NCBI GenBank assembly: GCA_944389685.1
Contig: CALXNF010000010.1
Coordinates: 1 to 34,085 of the forward strand
Direction: 5' to 3'
DNA length: 34,085 bases
Source of the DNA: an uncultured Alphaproteobacteria bacterium
GTDB taxonomy: Bacteria; Pseudomonadota; Alphaproteobacteria; Rs-D84
Every line of letters starts with the position of its first letter. The first letter of the stretch is position 1. The notes under the pieces are model-generated. The model saw nothing but the letters and a program-made list of their open reading frames with translations, had not been told where the DNA came from and searched no databases. This document shows positions 1 through 7,366 of this stretch, in pieces. The position numbers were made by a program, and so were the translations under genes.

Positions 1-2
1 TG

Positions 3-581
3 GGTGGGGCCGACTTTCGCAGTCCAGAATCAATAGAACGATTAAAACAGGCGGATTTAATTATAACGAATCCGCCTTTTTCTTTGTTTCGTGAGTTTAT
101 GGACTTACTTATTCAGTACGATAAAAAATTTTTAGTCATAGGTAACAAAAATGCTGTGGCTTACAGAAATATTTTTTCTCAAATAAAAAATAATAAAATT
201 TGGTTTGGTGTTCGTAGGTGGACTGGTGGTATGATATTTATTACTCCAGACAACAGTAAGAAAGCTGTTCCTGCAATATGGTTTACCAACCTGGAACATT
301 TATATGCCCCTGCCCCGATATCTTTGAAAAAATCTTTTAATAGTTTGGAATATAAGCGATACGACAATGCTGATGCAATAAATATAAACAGGACAGCGGA
401 CATACCGAATGATTATTTGGGTATAATGGGGGTGCCTATAAGTTTTCTTGAAAGATATAATTCGTACCAATTTGAAATATTGGGATTAGATAAAGATTTT
501 ACATATGATAAAGGGGCTGGCATGGTAAGTGGGCAGCGAATATATACAAGGATTTTTATCAAAAAAAGACCTTGCGAATAA
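3..581 (+). CDS. N6-adenine DNA methyltransferase, EcoRI-methylase-like (5'-truncated by window edge)
   Basis: The frame is open from nt 3 (GGADFRSPESIERLKQADLIITNPPFSLFREF...). The tracked ORF 84..581 therefore only begins at an internal TTG. The catalytic NPPF motif lies at nt 69-80. Downstream blocks (KIWFG, YDNADAININ, GIMGVPISFL) look like EcoRI-type adenine MTases. TAA stop at 579-581. Confidence 0.8.
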   Translation, partial: GGADFRSPESIERLKQADLIITNPPFSLFREFMDLLIQYDKKFLVIGNKNAVAYRNIFSQIKNNKIWFGVRRWTGGMIFITPDNSKKAVPAIWFTNLEHLYAPAPISLKKSFNSLEYKRYDNADAININRTADIPNDYLGIMGVPISFLERYNSYQFEILGLDKDFTYDKGAGMVSGQRIYTRIFIKKRPCE

Positions 582-1618
582 AGGGGTATATATTTCATAC
601 TGTTCATGTGTTAAAAAGATTTGTCGTTTTATTTATTTCTATTTTTGTGTCGTTTGGTGCACTAGCGTTTGAGCTTCAGGATTTAACCGCCTATAATGCC
701 GTCGCTATAAAAACTATGAAACCGACAGATACAATTCGCCCCGATAAAAAATACTCTTTGCAAATTACTGGTACAAAAGACCTAGAAAAAGTTTTAGGTA
801 CGGAAAAGAAAGAATTTAAAACCTTGTATGTGTATGTTGGTGATACGCAAGTTGAAGAATACAATACTGCTAAATGGTATTATTATTATCAACCGTCTTG
901 GAATGGTCGCGGACGTGGTAAATTAAACTATAAGCGTAATCAAATAACAGAATCTGGTAAAGCGGGAGATACTTTATTTGTCGCAAGAAAAAATAATGAT
1001 GAATTGTTGTTTCTTATTGTAGAGAAAGACAATCCTATAAAACAAAAACTTTTGCATAGCTTAGGTTTAGAAAGTGAGAAAGTCATAAAAGAACCATCAT
1101 TTTGGGAGCGATTGTGGGGAACTAAATCAGAAGAAACATCGGAATATGAAATAGAGGAAGAAAAGTTATCTATACCGAAAATCTCGGAAAAATCATGGGT
1201 GCGTGTTTACTTTACCCCAGGCAATGATTGTGAAAACAATATCATCGCAGAAATCAATCAAGCAAAGAAGATAGATATAGCCGTCTATTCTATTACCAAC
1301 CAGAACATAGTTGATGCGATAATAGACGCCAAAGAACGTGGGGCAAAAATAAGGGTAATTACAGATAGGTTGCAATCAGCTGGTAAATATTCTTTGGCGG
1401 AAGAATTAGAATCAGCAGGAATACCTGTTATCACTAACGTAAAGCATAAGATAATGCATAACAAGTTTGCAATATTTGACGGGAAACGCATAGAAAGCGG
1501 TAGTTATAATTGGACGGACAGCGCGACAAAATCAAACGCAGAAAATTGTATGTTCTTTGACCAAGAAGATAAAGCGTTTACTAAGCAATTTGAATATTTA
1601 TGGGATTTGTATCAATAA
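572..1618 (+). CDS. Phospholipase D / Nuc-family endonuclease with an extra N-terminal domain and an N-terminal hydrophobic (signal/anchor-like) helix
   Basis: The C-terminal ~140 aa has a single HKD motif, HNKFAIFDGKRIESGSYNW (nt 1457-1510), and Nuc-like flanks (WVRVYFTPGND..., AENCMFF). aa ~34-205 form a domain I do not recognise. The longest start is TTG 572, which overlaps the MTase by 10 nt. An alternative GTG at 608 gives MLKRFVVLFISIFVSFGALA|FE. Confidence 0.8.
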   Translation: MRIKGYIFHTVHVLKRFVVLFISIFVSFGALAFELQDLTAYNAVAIKTMKPTDTIRPDKKYSLQITGTKDLEKVLGTEKKEFKTLYVYVGDTQVEEYNTAKWYYYYQPSWNGRGRGKLNYKRNQITESGKAGDTLFVARKNNDELLFLIVEKDNPIKQKLLHSLGLESEKVIKEPSFWERLWGTKSEETSEYEIEEEKLSIPKISEKSWVRVYFTPGNDCENNIIAEINQAKKIDIAVYSITNQNIVDAIIDAKERGAKIRVITDRLQSAGKYSLAEELESAGIPVITNVKHKIMHNKFAIFDGKRIESGSYNWTDSATKSNAENCMFFDQEDKAFTKQFEYLWDLYQ

Positions 1619-1620
1619 TA

Positions 1621-1645
1621 AAAACGGCGTTTTGCCGTTTTTATT
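1621..1645. terminator. Bidirectional intrinsic terminator between convergent genes
   Basis: Hairpin AAAACGGC-GTTT-GCCGTTTT, flanked by an A-run on the left and a T-run on the right. It lies between stop 1616-1618 (+) and stop 1645-1647 (-). Confidence 0.75.
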
Positions 1646-1965
1646 TATCTTAGACCTTTTGCGCGACAGCATGCAGATGCAGCACTGCGCCAATCAGAAT
1701 ATTTCTTTGACGGGGAACGTAAGTCTTGCCATGCTTGCCATCCGCTACATTTTTTATCTGAACCTGTGCCAGTACATTTTGCGTATCTACGTAATGTGCA
1801 AGTTTGGTTAGACGTCTTACCGGTATCTGTAGTACATTTGACGACAACGGTTTGGTTTTTTGCGTCATTCTTTCCCAGTTCTTTAGAAGATAAAAGTTGG
1901 TATGCGTTTGCACCATAAAAAGTTGTGCCAATTAAACATAATGCAATAAATAATTTTTTCATCAT
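1645..1965 (-). CDS. Small secreted Lys-rich, Cys-containing protein (hypothetical)
   Basis: The tracked ORF is 1645..1980. The likely start is ATG 1965 (MMKKLF...), preceded by the SD-like GGGGGTG. Signal peptide MMKKLFIALCLIGTTFYGANA|YQ. The mature ~85 aa has 6 Cys, including a CC pair. I recognise no family motif. Confidence 0.6.
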   Translation of the reverse strand: MMKKLFIALCLIGTTFYGANAYQLLSSKELGKNDAKNQTVVVKCTTDTGKTSNQTCTLRRYAKCTGTGSDKKCSGWQAWQDLRSPSKKYSDWRSAASACCRAKGLR

Positions 1966-1989
1966 ATTATGCACCCCCATTCATAATTA

Positions 1990-2018
1990 ATTATAACCGG
2001 TCATCTAGAAAATTACAA
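1990..2018 (-). promoter_or_regulatory. Possible sigma70-type promoter for the small secreted protein gene
   Basis: On the minus strand: TTGTAA, 17 nt, TATAAT, about 20 nt upstream of ATG 1965. Such matches arise easily in AT-rich DNA. Confidence 0.3.
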
Positions 2019-2025
2019 TGGGTAA

Positions 2026-3774
2026 TTATTCGCCGGTCGTTTCTTTAGTGGTCCAAGGTTCATCATTCATTACCAGAAAATATAGTTCCGGATTTTCCGT
2101 GCCGGGATTTCTGATGATTGGGCGGACTACATAAATATCTACATTACAAGCGTGGTTGTTTTTTTCTTTTTGAACTTCTTCCAGATTAAAATGGAATTTA
2201 TTTGCAAAGTCCATTGCTTGCAAGAATGCGGCATCATCATCGGCCGCACTGTATGCGTCCCCTGCCCACATCAGCCACATACCATGATTAACGACGTTTT
2301 CTTGACCCTGCAGGTCATCGGCAGATAATAATGTTAATGGTTTAAATTCAATATCGCTTGTAAATTCACCCGTACTTGTTTCCGACCAGTCGTACACTCC
2401 CCCGATAAACTTAAGAGCACCATATATTAATCCACCAGCACTTTCTAGTTTTGCTAAGGCACCAGCGTTAGCTAGTGTAGAATGAAATAACCAATCTTTT
2501 ACTCGACCGGAAAAAGTACTGCTACGTGCAACTTTTGCGGCACTTCGTAACTGTTTCCCCCCTGTGTTCAGTGCTTTTACGGTTCGCCATGTTCTGGCAA
2601 TCATATTGCCCCTTTGGGCAGGTTTCAGAACGCTTTTTAGCTCTCGGCGGTATTTGTTTAAGGAAGAAAAAGTTTCGCTATATTCTTTATATTTCTTTAC
2701 GTTTTCATCATTCTTTTCTAATTCTTTTAGGGTTTTTGTATAATTTTCAATCTCTTTAGTTTTTTCAAGATATTTTGCTTCATCAATTGTTCTGTCGATA
2801 TTTTTTAATTCTTCGGTTGCTTTCGCATATTTCTGCCCTAATTTTATGTAGTTTTTTACCGAGGTTTCTTCCCGTAACGTACGCATTGATGTGGATAATG
2901 TTTTAAGTATTTTTGACGCGCGTGCAGATTTTGTGGCCCCTAAAATTGCGGCACCACCACCTGCTGTTACAACTGTTATTGCTACGTCCAAACCTATTTC
3001 CAGATAAGAAATCCATTGTAAATTGACGTCCCCCGCAACATAATAATCGTTACTGTCATCTTCTAAATTTACGGTTTCTTTCATAGCCAGATTTATCATG
3101 GCGTCATCATAAGTCAAAGCAGATTTGCCGGTACATTGACCATTTTGTGGAAATATTGTATCAATGTTATCTTCTATATATTTTAAAGAAACCGTATTGT
3201 TTTTCCCTTTCCCGATGAAATTTTCTAAGCTGCCGGATTGTACCACCATAATTGCATACCATGCAGGATCTGTATTAGTCCAGATAGCATCATCGTTAGG
3301 ATCGCCAACGCGTGGATTGGGGTCAGAAGAAGGCAACGTTTTTTTATCGCCTAATGTTATTCGTTGCTTTAATATTTTTGGTTGAGTTTCATAGTTTATA
3401 ACGATTTCACGACCATTTTGGAAAGTATATGTTATCGGTAAAAAAGTTATTGTTTCTTCTTCTGGAAGATCTGTAAATTCCGGACATTTTAATACATTGC
3501 GCAAAACGTCCGGTTGTTGCATCGTTTGGTAAATCCATTTTTTTATATCTTCTTCTGAAGCGCTTTCGTCGATTAATGAAGAATTTTCTATTAAAGAATT
3601 TCTAAAAATGGTTGTGGAACATGTTGTATTATCTGGGGCTCGTGCTAATAATTCTTCTGCAGGGATGAAGTCAGGTGAGTCAACTGGTAAAATTATATCT
3701 TCATTCATATCTGCGCAAAGCGCCACGTTTGTGGCGCAGAATATAAAAACAAATGGCATAAGTATTGATTTCAT
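2026..3774 (-). CDS. Hypothetical secreted/membrane protein (582 aa) with a Gly/Ala-rich hydrophobic hairpin and a coiled-coil loop
   Basis: Signal peptide MKSILMPFVFIFCATNVALCA|D. Hydrophobic segment AITVVTAGGGAAILGA at aa ~254-281 (nt 2932-3015). K/E-rich, heptad-like stretch at aa ~300-385. Second hydrophobic segment AGGLIYGALKFIGGVY at aa ~432-461 (nt 2392-2481). No family motif recognised. Confidence 0.7.
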   Translation of the reverse strand: MKSILMPFVFIFCATNVALCADMNEDIILPVDSPDFIPAEELLARAPDNTTCSTTIFRNSLIENSSLIDESASEEDIKKWIYQTMQQPDVLRNVLKCPEFTDLPEEETITFLPITYTFQNGREIVINYETQPKILKQRITLGDKKTLPSSDPNPRVGDPNDDAIWTNTDPAWYAIMVVQSGSLENFIGKGKNNTVSLKYIEDNIDTIFPQNGQCTGKSALTYDDAMINLAMKETVNLEDDSNDYYVAGDVNLQWISYLEIGLDVAITVVTAGGGAAILGATKSARASKILKTLSTSMRTLREETSVKNYIKLGQKYAKATEELKNIDRTIDEAKYLEKTKEIENYTKTLKELEKNDENVKKYKEYSETFSSLNKYRRELKSVLKPAQRGNMIARTWRTVKALNTGGKQLRSAAKVARSSTFSGRVKDWLFHSTLANAGALAKLESAGGLIYGALKFIGGVYDWSETSTGEFTSDIEFKPLTLLSADDLQGQENVVNHGMWLMWAGDAYSAADDDAAFLQAMDFANKFHFNLEEVQKEKNNHACNVDIYVVRPIIRNPGTENPELYFLVMNDEPWTTKETTGE

Positions 3775-3781
3775 AAATTTT

Positions 3782-5284
3782 TTAATCGTCTATTCTTATT
3801 GTGTCGTCTACAACCATATTTTCTGTTGATATTTCAAGGGTATCGGGATCATACATATAAAAACCTGCATACATATCAATATCGTCTTCGTTCCAGTCAC
3901 ATTTGCCTTGATCTTTTACGGAAGAGATGATTGCATTTTTTACTTTTTCCCATTGTTGTGTATCCATTATTAACACATTCCCGCGAGAACCGTCTGGATT
4001 TATTTCATACAAAACATAGTCTTCTTCGTTAACACAATATGTTTTTCCTAAAATCGGTTTAAAAACTTTTGTATTGATATCATCATTTGCCAGACCATCG
4101 CCGCAGACGGTGTAACAACCCTCATTATGATCAACGTCTTGACAGTTTATGATGTCGTTTGATAAATCGGAATTAACAAGACTGTACAAAGTTGAACCAG
4201 CATGTTTTGCAGCATTGCTTCCTATTAAATAAACTAAAGCACCGCCATCAAAAAATTTTGTCGCTTTAGAAGCTAAATTTTTCTTGATAATTTTTGTATA
4301 ATTTTTGACTCCGGTTTTTAATACCCCTTTTCCTCCTAAGCGAGCAGCAGCACTAACCGAACTAGCCATACTTAAATCAATGGCAGATCGTGCTAATAAA
4401 TGACTCCCTGTACGAGTCATACTTCTTGCTGTGTTGGTTGCCCCAAGTTTCGCAATACCTTTCGCAGTACTTTTTAATCCTGCGCCAATTGCTGCCCGAC
4501 CTGCTGTTACGGCTGCGCCACCAGCGCCACCAGCAAAAAATGTTAGAATTGTTGCAGCGGCAGTTGCTCCCCAACCAACAATATCAATGGTCATTTGCCA
4601 AGAACGGTTGTTTTCACATAGTATGGCACCTCGTTTTTGCATCGTCGAATCTAATACCTGAGAGATCTCTATAAGAACTTCATCCCAGTTTATATTTATT
4701 CCATAATTTTCATCTACTACTTCCCCAGATAAAGCGATTAATGCAGATTTATATTTATACAAGTTATCGTCGTTTCCTAAAAAGTCTAAAATAAATGCAT
4801 TATCTAATCTTGCTGTAGGGTCTGCTTTATTGGCATTTATGTATGCAGTAACTAAATCAACAAAGAATACTCGCTGAGCTTCTGTATCTGGGCCTAATAT
4901 ATTGTAGACAATAATAGAAAGAATCTCTTGGTCAGCATTTGAAAAATCACCCTGAGAGCCATATCGCATTCTTTTGCGTACAATATCCCAATTTATAGTT
5001 AGGCGAATTTCTGGGTTATTATAAATGACAGTATCTATGTTTTTGGCGAATAAATCCGGATAATTGGAACAAGTTGTACGATAAGATGCGGCATTCGCAA
5101 CCGCACCGTTATAATCAGCCGCCAACCCATTGATAGCATTTTCTACTTGTGAATAAAGTTCACAAGCAACCAATTCATCGCAATCTGTATAGCTCATACA
5201 CTCGCTGGAAACTGCCGCATTACCGGCGAAAGAAAAAAAAGGAGATATCAATATAGGATAAAAAATAGTTTTTAATTTTATCAT
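3782..5284 (-). CDS. Hypothetical secreted/membrane protein (500 aa), same architecture as the 582-aa neighbour
   Basis: Signal peptide MIKLKTIFYPILISPFFSFAGNA|A. Cys-bearing N- and C-terminal domains. Gly/Ala-rich hydrophobic segment WGATAAATILTFFAGGAGGAAVTAGRAAIGAGL at aa 233-270 (nt 4475-4588). A basic loop follows, then FFDGGALVYLIGSNAA at aa ~343-358. The start overlaps the upstream stop as ATGA. Confidence 0.7.
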   Translation of the reverse strand: MIKLKTIFYPILISPFFSFAGNAAVSSECMSYTDCDELVACELYSQVENAINGLAADYNGAVANAASYRTTCSNYPDLFAKNIDTVIYNNPEIRLTINWDIVRKRMRYGSQGDFSNADQEILSIIVYNILGPDTEAQRVFFVDLVTAYINANKADPTARLDNAFILDFLGNDDNLYKYKSALIALSGEVVDENYGININWDEVLIEISQVLDSTMQKRGAILCENNRSWQMTIDIVGWGATAAATILTFFAGGAGGAAVTAGRAAIGAGLKSTAKGIAKLGATNTARSMTRTGSHLLARSAIDLSMASSVSAAARLGGKGVLKTGVKNYTKIIKKNLASKATKFFDGGALVYLIGSNAAKHAGSTLYSLVNSDLSNDIINCQDVDHNEGCYTVCGDGLANDDINTKVFKPILGKTYCVNEEDYVLYEINPDGSRGNVLIMDTQQWEKVKNAIISSVKDQGKCDWNEDDIDMYAGFYMYDPDTLEISTENMVVDDTIRIDD

Positions 5285-6198
5285 TTTTTTGCATCTTTTA
5301 ACGTTTGAGATATCTTTGCTATCAGTTGAGCACGATTAATAGAATTTGTTTGTTGTTGGCATTCTGGCGCTGTGGGATTCTTTTCGCAATACAGAGCCTT
5401 ATTAACTTTTGCCATTTGCTCCATGCGAGTCAAATAATCTTCTTCTGGTTCAATTGTAGGAATGATGTATGCAGACTTATCTGCATATGGTGCATAACCT
5501 GCCGCATCGTTTTGTATTCGTTGGGTAAACGTTAAATCTGATGCTGTCTTCGGAAATTCTGCTTTTGCTAATTGTGTGGTGCCAGATGTCGCATTAGTAG
5601 ATTGTAAGTTTTCTAATTCTTTTTTCCTTTCTAGCATTTCTTGAGCCCAAGGGTCACCGTTCCACGTTGGCAGCTGTGGCTGATAAGGATTTTGAAATTC
5701 TACTTTTTGTGTGTTTACACTTGTGTTAGACGTTGTTGCACTAGGAAACGGAACGTACCCACTCGTTGGTACAACCAAAGCTTTTTGTGATACGTAGTTT
5801 TTAAATTCTGTATCAATAAAACCTGAACATGGCGTCACATAATTTTTATTGGGCAGACTAGCCAGTTGAACGGTTATAGTTGGGCGCGCGTCGTCTACAT
5901 CTATGCCCGCACAATTATTACGCGTTGAGCAATACGAAGCAACTAGCGCACTTACAATTGTTTGACATTCACTTGTGTCTACATCTGTTCCTTGGATATA
6001 AACAGGAACGGGCATACGTTGATTGTATGGGCCATTTGGATCCCAAAACGGGTTAGAAGAATAATTTTGAACGTTTTGAATTTGACCGTATTGTGAAAAT
6101 GGTGTCGTTCCAGTATTTTGAAAAGTCGTCGCCATTACACTAGAGGTGCTAACATAAAAAAACGTACAAATTATTATAGAAGTTAAAATTTTATTCAT
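5281..6198 (-). CDS. Hypothetical secreted protein (305 aa)
   Basis: Signal peptide MNKILTSIIICTFFYVSTSSVMA|T. Q/N/P/T-rich, with 6 Cys in the mature part. SD-like AGGGTGATAGAGAGA upstream. The stop overlaps the next gene's ATG. No family motif recognised. Confidence 0.65.
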   Translation of the reverse strand: MNKILTSIIICTFFYVSTSSVMATTFQNTGTTPFSQYGQIQNVQNYSSNPFWDPNGPYNQRMPVPVYIQGTDVDTSECQTIVSALVASYCSTRNNCAGIDVDDARPTITVQLASLPNKNYVTPCSGFIDTEFKNYVSQKALVVPTSGYVPFPSATTSNTSVNTQKVEFQNPYQPQLPTWNGDPWAQEMLERKKELENLQSTNATSGTTQLAKAEFPKTASDLTFTQRIQNDAAGYAPYADKSAYIIPTIEPEEDYLTRMEQMAKVNKALYCEKNPTAPECQQQTNSINRAQLIAKISQTLKDAKK

Positions 6199-6224
6199 TT
6201 CTCTCTATCACCCTTTATAAATGA

Positions 6225-6698
6225 TTATATCAAAAAGCTCATTGTAAGCAAAGTTAAAATTCCGGCGCCGATGAAAAATGGAGCAAATGGTATGAACTTT
6301 TGTTTGTGAATGGTTCCCCATATTACCCCGCTAATGCAAGAAATTACCAGAGCTATTGCTAAACCCGTAACCCCAAGCCATATTCCGCCAACGCTGATCA
6401 GCTTTATATCACCCATCCCTATGGGGGTATTTGATGCGGTGGAATGTTTGCGGACCGGAATTTTAAAAAATTTTCCTATTACCGTTGCTAAGATATAGCC
6501 GGACGTTGCCGCAATAACTGATTCGGTTAAATCAAATTTCCACGGAAAAAAAGTGACAATTATTAAACCTGTTAGTAATAGTGGGAATAGATACACGTCT
6601 GGGATTATACGCCGGCGCCAATCTGCAACAGATATACACCAAGCGCACCAAGCTGCAATCGCTAATAATATAAAGAAAAAAACTGTAGTGATATTCAT
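6225..6698 (-). CDS. Prepilin-peptidase-type (A24, GxGD) intramembrane aspartyl protease, short form without methyltransferase domain
   Basis: Polytopic membrane protein. First Asp motif ADWRRRIIPD, second Asp motif GMGDIKL, and PFAPFFIGAG near the C-terminus. Strong SD (AAGGGGGA) upstream of the ATG. Confidence 0.8.
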   Translation of the reverse strand: MNITTVFFFILLAIAAWCAWCISVADWRRRIIPDVYLFPLLLTGLIIVTFFPWKFDLTESVIAATSGYILATVIGKFFKIPVRKHSTASNTPIGMGDIKLISVGGIWLGVTGLAIALVISCISGVIWGTIHKQKFIPFAPFFIGAGILTLLTMSFLI

Positions 6699-6769
6699 AA
6701 TTCCCCCTTGCCTTTCGATTCGAAACTATGCTACAATTATATTGATATATATAACAAGGATTTTTTGAT

Positions 6770-7330
6770 ATGAGTAAAGGTTGGGATAACGCAACATTAA
6801 AAAAATTGAAAGCCCTAATGGGGAAAGGTCTGTCAACTTCTGAAATCGGTAAAAAATTGGGTATGAGTAAAAATGCCGTTGTTGGGAAGTTAAACCGTTT
6901 AGGTTGGAACCTAAAAGCTGGTGGAATTGCGGGTGCAGATGCAAAGAAAGTTGAAAATAAAAAAACGGCTAAAACCCCAGTAAAGAAAGCAACAGTGACG
7001 GCAAAAGGCGCAGTAAAAGCAGGAAGTAAAACTGTAGCCAAATCAGTAAAAAATAAAGTTGTAGATGCAAAGACAGGAAAAATCACAGTAAAGAAAGAGA
7101 CCGAAGAAAAAAGCTCTAAAAGTTTGAGCAAAAATCTTGCCATGCATCAGCGAATAATACAGCATTCTTTAGATATGGCTAATTTAAAACCAAATCAATG
7201 TCGTTGGCCTATTGGGGACCCTGATTCTGAAAGTTTCCACTTTTGTGGGGCGCAGGTATTTGTAGGTAAGCCATATTGTTATGAACACTGTAAGCAAGCA
7301 TACCAATTTACGCCGCCTAAAAAGAAATAG
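6770..7330 (+). CDS. gcrA: Cell-cycle transcriptional regulator GcrA
   Basis: N-terminus WDNATLKKLKALMGKGLSTSEIGKKLGMSKNAVVGKLNRLGW, a basic K/A linker, and C-terminal CRWPIGDP...FCG...GKPYCYEHC. This is the typical GcrA layout. Confidence 0.9.
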   Translation: MSKGWDNATLKKLKALMGKGLSTSEIGKKLGMSKNAVVGKLNRLGWNLKAGGIAGADAKKVENKKTAKTPVKKATVTAKGAVKAGSKTVAKSVKNKVVDAKTGKITVKKETEEKSSKSLSKNLAMHQRIIQHSLDMANLKPNQCRWPIGDPDSESFHFCGAQVFVGKPYCYEHCKQAYQFTPPKKK

Positions 7331-7366
7331 GAACTAGCGGTCGGGATCCAAAAGCGAGAGGGAAAT

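Noticed and set aside
1557-1931. Tracked ORFs 1557..1811 (+) and 1650..1931 (-), which overlap the small secreted-protein gene.
   Set aside because: They have no SD and no signal peptide, and the plus-strand ORF reads straight through the terminator hairpin. The 1645..1965 frame has an SD, a signal peptide and a terminator.
4377-4674. Three tracked ORFs (one minus, two plus) inside the 500-aa gene.
   Set aside because: They are alternate-frame readings of the GC-richer Gly/Ala-coding stretch (W/R-rich or P/A-rich nonsense). The 500-aa frame is continuous and translationally coupled to its neighbours.
5233-5240. An A8/T8 homopolymer in the signal-peptide-coding part of the 500-aa gene, considered as a slipped-strand phase-variation switch.
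   Set aside because: Equally long A/T runs occur in essential genes here (for example A8 in dnaE near 30173-30180). The run is therefore background for this AT-rich genome.
6699-6769. A GANTC (GATTC, 6717-6721) site in the 71-nt gcrA/peptidase divergent spacer, considered as a CcrM/GcrA-dependent control site.
   Set aside because: A single 4-specified-base site in 71 nt is not far from chance expectation. I found no CtrA (TTAA-N7-TTAA) or DnaA box, and could not define convincing -35/-10 elements for either gene.
6532-7143. A 203-aa and a 72-aa ORF antisense to gcrA, plus a 71-aa ORF antisense to the peptidase gene.
   Set aside because: They are shadows of the Lys/Ala-rich gcrA linker (F/L/T-rich translation). 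They have no start context and overlap well-supported genes.
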